Positions 1-12,455 of a DNA stretch of 64,000 bases are shown here, piece after piece. Each line of letters begins with the position of its first letter. The first letter of the stretch is position 1. The translations under genes were made by a program, and so were the position numbers. This stretch comes from the human T2T-CHM13v2.0 reference genome, Homo sapiens: NCBI RefSeq assembly GCF_009914755.1, contig NC_060929.1; one strand, given 5' to 3'. The notes below the pieces were generated by a model. That model worked only from the letters and a program-made list of their open reading frames with translations, searched no databases and had not been told where the DNA came from.

Positions 1-453
1 TAGACTGGATTAAGAAAATGTGGCACATATACACCATGGAATACTATGCAGCCATAAAAAAGGATGCGTTCCTGTCCTTTGTAGGGACATGGATGAAATT
101 GGAAATCATCATTCTCAGTAAACTATCGCAAGAACAAAAAACCAAACACCGCATGTTCTCACTCGTAGGTGGGAATTGAACAATGAGAACACATGGACAC
201 AGGAAGGGGAACATCACACTCTGGGGACTGTTGTGTGTTGGGGGGAGGGGGAGGGATAGCATTGGGAGATATACCTAATGCTAGATGACGAGTTAGTGGG
301 TACAAAGCACCAGCATGGCACATGTATACATATGTAACTAACATGCACATTGTGCACATGTACCCTAAAACTTAAAGTATAATAATAATAAATAAAAAAT
401 TAAAAAAGGAAAAAAAAAAGACAAAAACAAAAAACTTAAACTAAAAAAAAAAA
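1..453 (+). mobile_element. LINE-1 3' end, L1PA2/L1PA3-like (continues beyond window start)
   Basis: End of ORF2 (...GGTGGGAATTGA ~179), G-rich 3'UTR, GAG at the Ta-diagnostic position (GATGACGAGTTAG, 290-292), CTTAAAGTATAATAA, then a degenerate A-rich tail to 453. Confidence 0.93.
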
Positions 454-3085
454 GATCTTTTGCCCATTTTAAAAGATTATTAGATTTTTTTTCTATTGAG
501 TTGTTTAAGCTGCTTGCATATTCTGATTATTAATCCTTTGTCAAATGGGTAGTTTGCAAATATTTTCTTCCATTCTGTGGGTTGTGTCGTAACTTTGTTA
601 ATTGTTTTCTTTGCTATGCAGAACCTTTTAACTTGATGTCATCCCATTTTATTTATTTTTGCTATCATTGCCTGTGCTTGTGGGGTATTACTCAAGAAAT
701 CTTTTCCACGAACAATGTTCCAGAAAGTTTCCAGAATGTTTTCTTGTAGTAGTTTCACAGGTTGAGGTCTCAGATTGAAGCCTTTAATCTATTTTGATTT
801 TTGTATATGATAAGAGATAGGGGCCTAGTTTCATTCTTCTGCATATGTATATCCAGGTTTCCCGGTACCATTTGTTGAATAGACTGTCCTTACCCCAAAA
901 TGTGTTCTTGGCATCTTTGTCCAAAATGAGTTCACTGTAGATAAATGGGTTTATTTCTGGGTTCTATACTCTGTTCTATTTGCCTGTCTGTTTTTATACC
1001 AGTACTGTGCTGTTTTGGTTACTATAGCACTGTAGTATAATTTGAAATCAGGTAATGTGATTCCTCCTGTTTTGTTCTTTTGGTCCAGATGACTTTGGCT
1101 ATTCTGGTTCTTTTGTAGTTTCAAATAAATTTTAGGATTATTGTTTATATTTCTGTGAAGAATTTCAATGGCATTTTGGTAGTTTTTCATTGAATCTGTA
1201 GATTGCTTTGATAGTATTCTACCATTGCTTGCTAGATATTCCAGCAATAGTGATTCTTTCAACCCATAAACATGGAATTTTTTTCCATTTTTTTGTTTCC
1301 TTTTTAATTTATTGCATCAGTGTTTTATAATTTTCATTGTAGAGATCTCTCACTTCTTCATTTAAGTTTATTTTTAGGTAGTATATTTTATTTGTAGCTA
1401 CCGTAAACTAGATTACTTTCTTGATTTATATTTCAGATTGTTTATTTTTGACATACAGAAACACTGCTAATTTTTGTATGTTGACTTTGTATCCTGAAAA
1501 TTTACTGAATTTATCAGTTTTAACAGTTTTTTGATGGAGTCTTTGTGTTTTTTCCAAATATAAGATAATATCATTTGCAAAGAATGATAATTTGACTTCT
1601 TTCCAATTTCGATGGCCTTTATTTCTTTCTCTTATCTGATTGCTCTAGATAGGACTTCTAGTACTCTACTAAATAACAGTATTGAAAGTGTGTGTCTTTG
1701 TCTTGTTCCAGATCTTATGGGAAATGGTCTCATTTTTTACCCATTTAGTATGACACTAGCTGTGCATCTGAAGTATATGTTCTTCTCTGCCCTTTTGAGT
1801 TATTTTTTTCTTCTGTCATGAAGGGATGTTGATTTTCATCAAATGCTTCTTCAGTGTCAATTGAAATGATTATGGTTTTCTAACTTCATTTAGTTGATAT
1901 ATTGTATAACATTGATTGATTTGTGTATGTTGAACCATCCTTACATCCCTGGGATAAATCCCTCTTCATGATGAATGATCTTTTTAATGTATTGTTGAAT
2001 TTGGTTTGCTCGTATTTTGTTGAACATTTTTGCATCAATATTCATCAAGAATATTGGCCTGTAGTTTTCTGTTTTTATGTATCCTGGTGTGGTTTTGGTA
2101 TCAGGATAATAATGGCTTTGTAGGATGAGTTTGCAAGTATTCTCTTCTCCTTTATTTTTTGGAATACTTTGAGTAGAATTGGTATTCCTTTTTCTTTAAA
2201 TGTTTTGTAAAATTTAGCAGTGAAGCCATCAGGTCCTGGATTTTTTATGATGAAAGACTTTATATTATGTCTTTGATCTCACTACTCGTTTTTGGTCGGT
2301 ATAGGCTTTCAATTTCTTCAGGGTTCAATCTTGGCAGATTTCATTTTCCTAGGAATTTATCCATTTCTTCTAGGTTTTCCAATTCATTGAAATGTAGTTG
2401 CTCATAGTAGCTTGTAATAATCCTTTGAATTTCCATGGTATTAGTTTTAATGTCTCCTCTTTTATCTCTGATTTTATTTATTTGGATCTTTTCTCCTTTT
2501 TCTTAGATTAGCTAAAGGTTTCGTTTTGAAGTTACCATGAGGCTTGCAAATAGTATCTTATAACTCATTATTTTTAAACTGATGACAACTGAACGCTGAT
2601 TCCATAAACAAAGAAAAAGGCAAAGAGAAAACTCTACACCTTACCCTCATGCTCCCTACATTTTAACTTTTCATTGTTTCTATTTATCTTATTATATTGT
2701 CAATGTTTCAAAAAATTACAGTTATTATTTCTGATCGGTTTATCTTTTAGTCTTTCTACTCAAGATATGAATATTCTACACAAAATTATAGTTTTATATT
2801 ATTTTGTGTTTTTTTCTATGCACTACTATTACTCATAATTTTTGTACCTTAGAAGATTTGTGTCTTTAGAAGATTTCTTATTGCTCATTAACCATTAACC
2901 TCCTTTTCTGTCTGATTGAAGAACTCCCTTCTAGCATTTCTTTTAGGTCAGGTCTGGTGTTGATGAAATCCCTCAACTTTAGTTGTCTGGGAAAGTCTTT
3001 ATTTCTCCTTCATGTTAGAAGGATATTTTCAGTGAATATCCTCTTCTAGGATGAAACTTTTTGTTTCTTAAAAACTTCAAATGTT

Positions 3086-3391
3086 GGTCAGGCGTGGTGG
3101 CTCACGCCTGTAATCCCAGCACTTTGGGAGGCCGAGGAAGGTGGATCACAAGGTCAGAAGATCGAGACCATCCTGGCTAACAAGGTGAAACCCCGTCTCT
3201 ACTAAAAGCAATATAAAAAATTAGTCAGGCTTGGTGGCGGGTGCTTGTGGTCCCAGCTACTCTGGAGGCTGAGGCAAGAGAATGGCGTGAACCCATTCTC
3301 GGGTTTGCAGTGAGCCGAGATTGCACCGCCACACTCCAGCCTGGGTGACAGAGCAAAACTCTGTATCAAAAACAAACAAACAAAAAAACAA
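3086..3391 (+). mobile_element. Alu, AluY/AluSc8-like
   Basis: Dimeric Alu with GAGACCATCCTGGCTAAC and AGAATGGCGTGAACCC diagnostics, (CAAA)n tail, degenerate TSD aaaaacttcaaatgt / aaaaactgtgaatgt. Confidence 0.93.
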
Positions 3392-3740
3392 AAAACTGTG
3401 AATGTCATGACACTCTCTCAGTCTGTAGAGTTTCCATTAAGACGCTAGTTTACAGATGTATTTGAGCTTCTTTACATGCTACTTGCTTCCTGTTTCTTGC
3501 TACTTTTATAATTCCTTATCCTTGACTTTTGGGAATTTGATTATTAAATGTCTTTAGGCAGTCTTCTTTGGATGAAGGCTTCTTGATGTTTTATAACCTT
3601 CTTGTACTTGAATATTTATATCTTTCTCTAGGTTTGGGAAGTTCTCTGTTATTGTCCATTTGAATAAACTTTCTACCTAATCTCTCTCTCTCTCTCTCTG
3701 TACCTCCTCTTTAAGGCCAATAACTCTTAGATTTGCCCTT

Positions 3741-4072
3741 TTGAAATAATTTAAAAGATCAAGCAGAAATTCTGGAACTCAAAAATGCAATTGACATACT
3801 GAAAAATACATAAGAGTCTCATGACAGCAGAATTGATGAGGAAGAAGAAAGAATTCGTGAGCTATTTCTAGATATTGTAGGTGTGCTTTACTCTTTTTTG
3901 TTCTTTTTTTGTCTCCTCTGACTGTGTATTTTAAAATAACCTATCTTCGAGCTCACTAATTCTTTCTTCTTCCTCATCAATTCTGTTGTCATGAGACTCT
4001 TATGTATTCTTCAGTATGTCAGTTGCATTTTTGAGTTCCAGAATTTCTGCTTGATCCTTTTAATTATTTCAA
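3741..4072. repeat. 123-bp inverted repeat (arms 3741-3863 and 3950-4072, 86-bp spacer)
   Basis: By hand alignment the left arm is the reverse complement of the right arm with about 6 mismatches in 123 bp. Confidence 0.95.
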
Positions 4073-4960
4073 TCTCTTTGTCAAATTTATCTGATAGTGT
4101 TTTTAATTCATTCTCTGCAATATCTTGAATATCTTTGGCTTTCCTCAAAACAGCTATTTTGAATTTTCTGTCTGAAAGGTCACATATCTCTTTCTCTCCA
4201 GTATTGGCAACTGGTGCCTTATAGCTAGTACAACTGGGAATGTTCTGGGTCACGTCTGAAACCAGCACAGCTCTGAGTCTCACCCAAGGCCCACGGTAAG
4301 TATTGCCCAGCTACTAGTGCCGGACCAAGTGCTCTTTAGTCAGCAGATGATGAATCCTGCCAGAACCAGGTCCTTCATTTCAAAGCATGGCCCAGAGTAT
4401 GTCTAGGTACGTCATTCTGGATCTGGGGTCTGGTCTGCCTGTTGCCCTATTCTATTGTGGTTGAACTGGTATTCAAATAGCCAGACGAAATCCTCTTTAC
4501 TCTCCCCTTTACTCTTCTCAAGTGGAAGGAAGGAGACTCTCCCAGAGCTGTGAGCTGTGCTGTCTGGGGTTGGGGGAGGGGTGATGCAAGCACTCCCTTG
4601 GCCTCCCTGGCTGGTGTCTCATTAGGTCACATACACCCCAAGTCCACTGGCTCTGAGCCCTGCACAACATAAGGACTTGCCAGAAATGGCTGTCCTCATG
4701 GCCTAGACTGCTTTTCAAGTTTATTTAGAACCCCAGAGCACTTTAGCCAGCTGTGGTGGGGCTTGCTAGAACTCAGATTCTGACCACTGTGATAAGACAA
4801 TTCCACTGCTGGGGAGTGGGAGGAAGAGTGGTGTTGGTGATTCGAGACTGTCTTTCCTACCCTCTTCAGTGCCTCTTTTTTAAATATGATGTTAGAATCA
4901 GGTACTCTAATCACTTACTTGATTTTTTGTTCTTATGAAGGTGCTTTTTGTGTAGGTAGT

Positions 4961-7425
4961 TTGGTTACCATGAGATTTACATAAAACATAATTATAACAG
5001 CATATTTTAAGCTAATAACTTAATATTAGTTGCATTGAGCAACTCCACTTTTTTACTCTATTCCAACATTTTATAGTTTTGATATCATAATTTACATTAT
5101 TTTGTAAAGTGTATTTCTTGACAATTTAATTTAGCTATAGTTGTTTTTAATAGTTTTGGCTTTTGACCCTCATACTAGATATAAAATTGCTTGTCATAAA
5201 CATTACAAACCTAAAGTATTCTGAATATGGCTCTGTTTTACTTATTCCATTGAGCTTTGTACTTTCATATGTGGTCTTTTGTTTCAGCTTAAAGAACCCT
5301 TTTATCAAAAAGGGTCTCCTGATCAAAAAGGTGGGTCTCCTGATAATAAACTTTCTTAGCTTTTGTTTGTCTGGAAAATTTTTATTTCTCACTTTTGAAA
5401 GATATATTTGTTGGGTTAAATATTATTGGATGGCAGTATTTTACCTTCAGCACTTTAAATATATCATCTCTTTTTGTCTGTAAGGTTTCTGCTGAGACAT
5501 TCGTTGATAGTCAAATTGACACTCCTTTGTATGTGATGTGTTTCTTATATCTTGCTGATCTGAGAATTTTTTGTCTTTGATTTTTGGTAGTTTTATTATT
5601 ATGTGTTATCGTGAACTCCTCTGTGAGTTGAATTTAATTAGAGTATTCTACACTTCCTTTACCTGTATTTTATCCTCTATCCCCAGATAGGAAAACCTTT
5701 TCAGACATTGTTTCTTTAAATACGCTTTCTGGCCCTTTTTCTCTTTCTTCATCTTCTTCTATAGGTCTTAATGTGCAAAGGTGGTCCCTTGATGGTGTCC
5801 CAAAATTCTTGCAGGCTTTCTTCATTCCTTTTCATTCTTTTGTCTTTTCATTCCTCTGATTGGATAATTTTAAATGTCTGTCTTCCAGTTTACTAATCAT
5901 TTCTTCTGCTTGATTGAGTCTGCTATTGAAGCTTTCTATCATATTTTTAAGCTCAGTCATTATATTTTTCATCCCTAGGGTATCTATTTTGTTCTTCTTC
6001 ATATTATTATTGTCAGATTTCTCACTTTGTTCATGTATTAATTCCCAAATTTCATTTGATTTTCTATCTATATAGTCTAGTAGTTCACTGAACTTCTTTA
6101 AGAGAACTATTCTAAATTCTTTGTCAGTCATTTTATAAATCTTGATTTTTAAGGTTTATTACTGGAACTTCATTAGTGTCTTTTAGAAGTGTCATTATTC
6201 CTTGGTTATTAACAATTCTTGTGTTATTACAGCTTTGCCTGTGCATTTGAGAAGACAGCCCTGTCTTCTTGTCTTTACAGGTATTCTTTGGCAGGGGTAG
6301 ACCTTCATTATTTAGTCTAGCCTGTGATTCTGGAAGAGCTAGCCAGTGACATCCCCTTGGAGGCAGAGCTTGTTGTAGGTTCTCTAGTTGGCTGGATCAC
6401 TGCCTTTGTTCCAATGTTGAGTGGGGCTGCTGACTGTGCTCCACTATCTAGAGAGACCAGTGGTTGAGTTCTGCTATTAGGCAGAACTATTGGCTGGGTA
6501 TTGTGATTGCTTCTGGTAAGACTGGTCACAGGATGTGTTCCTTGGCTGAACAATTCTGCTATTTGGGGTTTTCCGTTGGGTAGGGTTGCTCACTGGGCTC
6601 CAGGATCACTCATATTAAGCTGAGTTACTGCTAATAAAAGGGGGGATCAGAAGCTATGCTTCTTAGAAACAAATGATTAAGGATTGCCTTTCTGCCAGAG
6701 TAGAGCCATGGGGTGAGCTTTTGGCTGAGTTGAGCAGCTGTTTGACCTTCTGGGCGAAGCAGGTCTAGCTTTTTTGTTTCTCTTAAATGGATGAAAGCAA
6801 GAGTACTCCTGCTTGGGTGGAATCACTGGTGTCGGTTCTGAGGATGGGACATAGAGACCAGCTCTCTAGGGATTCAAGCTGTGTTGAACTTTTCATTATG
6901 CTTCTGAAGGTGGCTGACTCAGCTTTGTGGGTGAACTATAAAGTGCCTGCTATCTTTGATTGGATGTCACAGCTGGCATGAAGACAGAGTTGTCAAGATT
7001 TCCATGCTGGCCATTATGACCTCTGCCTCCTTTCTTTGTTTCTAACTGGCCTTGAGTGGTCTAACTGTGCCATTACCCTCCAGTATTGCATATGAGGTGA
7101 GACCAGAGTGGGAATCCTGGGAAGCATCTCAGGATGCCAAGGAAGCTGGATGACTGCCTCCAGTTTCCTTTTTCCTTGTTGATTCTGGGCCTAGATAAAT
7201 CTTCATATAACACTATACTTACTTGGGGGATGGGAAGTGGTGGTATTACTGTAGTCAGACTTTCATTAAGTTCTTCAGACCACATAGATATCTGAAGCTT
7301 GTTTCCAAGTATTTGGATTTTCAAAAAGTTGTTCTGGTCTGTGGATAGTAGCTAGTTGAACTTCCTGGAGGAGGGAATGGGTGTGGAACCTGACACTTCC
7401 TACTTCATTATCTTGCTGACATACT
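4961..7425 (-). mobile_element. Second old L1M fragment (ORF1 and 5'UTR)
   Basis: ORF 5832-6131 (MTDKEFRIVLLKKFSEL...SRLNQAEEMISKLED) is ORF1p coiled-coil-like; ORF 5147-5392 (FPDKQKLRKF) is the ORF1 C-terminus. Confidence 0.8.
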
Positions 7426-7429
7426 GTAT

Positions 7430-8190
7430 TTAATTTTCTTAATCTCTAATCCATGAGAGTTTCTCAGTCTTCCTTGTATTTCATGACCTTCACTCTTTTA
7501 AAGAGAACTGATCACTTATATTACAGAGTATCTCTAAGTTTAGGCCTGTCTGATGTTTTCTCAAGGTTAAATTAAGGTTATTTGGCATTGGGTATGATGT
7601 ATCCTTGTAACTCACCTATGAAGAGGCACATGGTGTCAATGTATATGCCCAGGATTGTAACCCTTGATCACTTGGCTAAGGTGTTAATTGCCAAAATTCT
7701 CGATTGTAAAGCTACTCCTTTTTTTTCTTTGTAATTACTCAATATTTGGGGAAAGTTACCTTCAAATTGTGCACATATCTCCTTTCTGCTTAAAGTTCTG
7801 TTCATTAATTTAAGCATCCATTAATGGATCTTGCCCACAGCAATGATTATTGTGATGCTCTACTGGTGATTTTCAAATTCTCTAATTTAATATACATTTA
7901 TTAATTATCATTCTTCTATAAAGAAAAGTTTTCATTCCTCCATTTATTTATTTATGTCAGTATGATCTCATGTATTTTTAGAAGGTTTATAACTCAGTAC
8001 TATTGTTACTTATTTTGTTGCTCAACTTGTTCCAACTTTGGCCATTGGAGACTCTTTTAGGCTGACTTGTGTGTCCTTTATACTTGCTCTCATCCTTTTG
8101 TTTTCTGTTTTCAGCACTTTCTTACTTTCTGGCACCACAGAATCCTCCAGACTTATGTTTTTTCTTGTGCCAGGCTGTACAAGAAATTAA
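7430..8190 (-). mobile_element. Ancient L1MC/L1ME 3'-end fragment
   Basis: Recalled similarity to L1MC4/5-type 3'UTR motifs (TTTCATGACCTT..., TTGTTCCAACTTTGGCCATTGG, CTTACTTTCTGGCACCACA). Confidence 0.6.
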
Positions 8191-8454
8191 CCAGAGCCCA
8201 AGTTCTGTTTTCATATTGTCTCTTTTGCTTTTCAAAGCAGTGTTAACAGTAGAAAATATAAAAGATACTTTCATGCTTTCTAACCACTTGTTCTCTGCCT
8301 TATAAATTAGGACCTGAGCACCCTTTTCTTTGCCATCAGCTCCTACCCCTGTCTTCACTTTGCCATAGTCTCTTTCCCTTGCTTCCCATTAACAACTAGG
8401 CACACAACTTTAAATCCTAGAGACTACTCAGAAGTGATGGAAACTGATGGTGGT

Positions 8455-8762
8455 TGCTATTGTCCAAATGTTTGTGTTCTCTGTGTCCTCCCCAAAATTC
8501 ATATGTTAAAACCGAATCACCAATGTGGGATTAGTGCCCTTAAAGGAGGACCCATGGAGCTGCCTTTTGTCTTCTACCATGTGAGGACACAGCTAGAAGG
8601 TATTATCTGTGAATCAGAGAGTGGGCCCTCATCTGGCACTAAATCTGCCAGCACTTTGATACTGGATTTCCTAGCTTCTAGAATTATGACAAATAAATTT
8701 CTGTTGTTTATAACCTATCCAGCCTCTGGTATTTTGTTATAGCTGATTGAACAGACTAAGAC
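8455..8762 (+). mobile_element. MaLR solo LTR, MLT1A-like
   Basis: CCCCAAAATTCATATGTT, CCATGTGAGGACACAG, AATAAATTTCTGTTGTTT, terminal GACTAAGAC. Confidence 0.85.
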
Positions 8763-9239
8763 TGTGATACATGCATCTGAAAACTTTATTTTGCGTTAGA
8801 AAAGTGTTATAAAGGAGATGCTGCTCTGGTACAAACTGTGATTACATTTTTTAATTTATTATAATTTGTTTAGGACTATCCAAACAGTAGGCAATAAACA
8901 ATGCAGAAAAGCTACCACATTAGAGAGGAAAGTTCTCTTGTGATATTTTGCCCCGTTGGTTTAAAACTGATAAAAGTCAGAAAAACACCTAGGAGCTGAG
9001 CACTTTAACTAGTAAATCTAACTAATTACTTAAAAAAAAAAAAAAAAAATGACCACCATCATGGTGAACAGAGGAAAGAGAAAAGGGCAATTCAATAGGC
9101 TTCGTACAGACAAACATCAGCCTTGCCAGATTTTGTCTTGTTTAAAGACAAGTAAAAAGAAAATAATGTGAATAATATAAAAAGTATAGTGGAATAAAAC
9201 AAAGAACACAGAATCTTCTCCAAGATTGATTGTAGCATC

Positions 9240-9494
9240 TGTCAGGGTTTGAATATTTGTCCCCTCCTAAATTCATGTTGAAATTTAATCCCCAATGTAG
9301 TAGTACTGAGAGGTGGGGCCTTTAGGAGGTAATTGAGTCATGAGGACTCTGCTTTATAAGTAGACTAATAAATTCATGGAATAATGGATGAATGGGTTAT
9401 CATGGGAGTATAATGGTTTTATAAGAAGAGGAAAAGAGACTTGACCTAGCATGCTTAACATCCTTACCATGTGATTCCCTGTGCTGCTTTGGGA
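9240..9494 (+). mobile_element. MaLR LTR 5' fragment, MSTC/MSTD-like
   Basis: GGTTTGAATATTTGTCCCCTCC...CATGTTGAAATTTAATCCCCAATG...GAGGTGGGGCCTTT; truncated at the 3' side. Confidence 0.75.
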
Positions 9495-9519
9495 TGGGCT
9501 AACATGGCAACCAAAAAAA

Positions 9520-10710
9520 CATTTCAGGAATTTAGGGGTGTATGAAGATATAAATCAAGAAATTAATGGAATAAAAACAAATTTTAAAAGTAAATAAATG
9601 GTTTTAAAAAAGGAAAATAACTGACAGAATTAATCTAGAAAAAAGAAACAAATAGAAAAATAAATCCAGAAAATATTTCTTTTATAAAAGTAACAAGTGT
9701 CCTGAAAATGAGAAAAGCCATCAATACAAATAATATTTGGAATAAGTATTGAGGCATAATAAATACTAATGAGATTTACATAGTAGAGAAATCACAATAG
9801 TAGAAAAACTTAATTGAAATGATTGATTTTTAGAAAAATATTGCCTACCAAATTAAATTAAGGAGAAAAAGAAAATCTAAATCAGATAATAAATGTAGCT
9901 GAAATAGAACATGTTGTCAAAAATAGCTTCCCCAAAAGGGGCTGGTCCAGGTGGTCTGACTGGTGAGTACTTATAATCCTTGAGAGACTAGTTTGAATTA
10001 TTGGACTACATGATGGTTAAAAAATTCCTCATCACCAAATACAAAAAAACAAAATATCTGTACTAACAAAGTAAAAGAAAAACACTGCACTGGAAAAAAA
10101 TGCTTGTAACCTATATGGTAGATATATTCTACTAAAATGAATGATTTCTCATAAATTAATGAAAAACAAAACCTTTAATAGCATTCTTGAAAAGGCAAAT
10201 TTGTGAAAACACATTTCACAAATGGGAGATACAACTGTCCAAAAACCATGAAATATGTTCAAATTACTAGAATTAACATTTACATTAGAGCCACTATAGT
10301 AAACCATTTTTTAATCCATTGAGTTATATCAGAAAACATTTTCCAAAATTTCAAGGCACAACAATAGTAAGACTGCGTAGGAAAACCATTTTCACACACT
10401 CAGGTCGAATATAATTTGGCCCAAAATTTAGGTACATTTTGGCAAGTATCGAAAACTAAAACAGACTGACAAGTCAACTCCTAATATTTTTCACCCAAGT
10501 AAACCATTTTACAAGTTTACAAAGTAGTAAAAACAAGTATGTTTATTACAGCATCATTTACAGCAAACAAAACAAAAAAGTGTGTGTGTAAACCACTTAA
10601 CTATATACAGTATGAGGATTAGTAAAATAAATATACTATCACAATAAAATAATATACTAGATAATCATTAAATGGCTTATTGATGGAAAGATATACACAA
10701 CACATTCAGT
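9520..10710 (+). mobile_element. Highly degraded old L1 (L1ME-like) fragments
   Basis: A-rich strand bias and vestigial ORF2/3'UTR-like phrases; weak similarity only. Confidence 0.45.
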
Positions 10711-10715
10711 GAAAA

Positions 10716-11488
10716 TGGTATAAGCAGTTAGGCATGAGCAGGGCAGGAGACGGCTCTCCCCCACTCATGAGGAGTGTCAGGTGATCATCAGGTGATGGTT
10801 CAACAATTATCACATCGCCTCTTTAAAAATGATAATTAAGTAGCTGGCACCAGGGGGAGATAATCTTCTGAAGGTCCACAGCTGTTATATTAAAGTGTAA
10901 ATTGAATGCAGGCACCGGGGAGAAGCAAAATAAGCTTCCAGTAAAATCTCAGGTATTGGACGAGTGAGCTTAGGTATGCACATTAAGAGACAAAATAAGA
11001 GTATGACCTTCCAGAGGCACTCTGCCAGAAAAGGGAAGACAGCCTCAGATGGACATGCACACAACTTTCTAAATACATGTCAGATGGACATGCATACAAC
11101 TTCGTAAATACACTACACTCCTTGTGCTCACTTCCTAAGCTCAAGGAGGGCACTGGGCATGCAGGCAGCCCATCCTAAGAGAAGTTCCATAGGTAAGGGG
11201 GCACAAGATGCTGGAAGTGGGGCAGCCTATAAATCCCTAGGATCAAGGTCAAATGCCACACTTGACCTTCCATGGTGTCCACTTGGGTCTCTTCCAAGTG
11301 TACTTTCCTTTCTTTCCTGCCCTAAAGCTTTTTAATAAACTTCCACTCTTTCTCTGAAACTTGCCTCAGTCTCTTTTTCTCTTTATTCCCCTCAGTCGAA
11401 TTTTTTCTTCTGAAGAGGCAAGAATTGAAGTTGCTGCAGACCGATGTGGATTTACCACCAGTAACTCAGATACCTTCCACCACTAACA
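10716..11488 (+). mobile_element. ERV1 solo LTR, MER50-family
   Basis: TG...CA termini, AAAA 4-bp TSD, GGCATGAGCAGGGCAGGAGA 5' motif, TATAAA ~11228, AATAAA ~11334, GAGGCAAGAATTGAAGTTGCTGCAGAC 3' motif; internal ~35-bp duplication at 11045-11113. Confidence 0.85.
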
Positions 11489-11515
11489 AAAATATCAGCT
11501 TAAATAACTGTATTA

Positions 11516-11579
11516 TGTGTGTATATATTTATATATGTACACACACATATGTGTGTGTGTGTGTGTGTATATATATATA
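11516..11579. repeat. (TA)/(CA)/(TG) compound microsatellite
   Basis: Direct reading; includes the self-complementary ACACACACATATGTGTGTGT. Confidence 0.9.
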
Positions 11580-11817
11580 GTCTTCTATAAATTGGAACAT
11601 CAAAATATTAGCAGTGGTTTTCTATGGCTGTTAGCATTATAAAGAATTTTCCATCTATTTTTTGTTTATCTCCATTTTAAATATTTTTACTATGGACATA
11701 ATATAATATGATAAAATCTAAAAATAATTTTAGTTTCTATCAACAGTTAAGCCTTCTAGAAAAGAGAAGAATTCTTAGACTCCCTTCTTATTATTTTTAT
11801 TTTAACGAGTACATCTA

Positions 11818-12455
11818 TAGTTGATTCTCATTCACGGTAGCTGTGTTCTATACAGTCTTTGCAACACCAAGTTAATGAATACTGAGACATTGCTTCATTT
11901 GGGAAATACAGAGTTAGATTTCTTCAGGCCTCTGGTCACAAGGTTTTTCTCAATCAACAAATACATATCCTTGTTTTATGTGTGTTTTTGTGTAAAGGCA
12001 CTTTAATATATATCGTCGATTCATTAACATTGAATTCATGGAGGACAGCACTATCACTCATGTCTCAACAGAGCTTATCGAACATGAATTTTTTCTGTAA
12101 GTTACATAATAGTCTTATTGTACTTAGAAACATTGGGTAGTACTGCAGCACTATGCTGGAGAGCATTTAAAAGGCAAAATCACCAGCAAAAGCACAAAAA
12201 TGCCTCCCAAAATGGCACTAAACATAGCAGGAAAAGGACACTTGTTTGCATTTTGAGAGCTAATACAAGAAAGCAGAAGATGGTCTCATTGGATCTCAGC
12301 TAGGGCCATGAATACTTGGTACCCCAATTTTTTCACTGATCTGTGCATGTCCACAAAGGACCTTTAAAGCTTCTGCAATATTGAGGGCTTCAAGTACATT
12401 TTAGCTAGTAGGCAAATTTGCAAATATGAAATCCACAGATAATGAGAATAATCTG
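11818..12455 (+). mobile_element. DNA transposon fossil, MER82-like (TcMar-Tigger)
   Basis: TA flanks at 11816-17 and 12456-57, degenerate TIRs (TAGTTGATTCTCATT ... AATGAGAATAATCTG), ~640 bp length. Confidence 0.8.

Larger units (their letters stand above)
454..4960 (-). mobile_element. Old L1M (L1MA-like) element: ORF2 remnant, ORF1 remnant, 5'UTR
   Basis: Minus-strand ORF 951-1262 contains [12 protein letters not shown] (ORF2); 4011-4283 resembles the ORF1 N-terminus. The sequence jumps at ~2522 from ORF2 to the ORF1/ORF2 spacer (internal deletion). Interrupted by an Alu. Confidence 0.85.

Noticed and set aside
380-453. Possible 3' transduction in the irregular L1 tail
   Set aside because: Too short and A-rich to distinguish from poly(A) decay, and the 5' TSD is outside the window.
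9032-9049. Isolated poly(A) as the tail of a processed pseudogene
   Set aside because: No flanking TSD, adjacent poly(A) signal or recognisable mRNA upstream.
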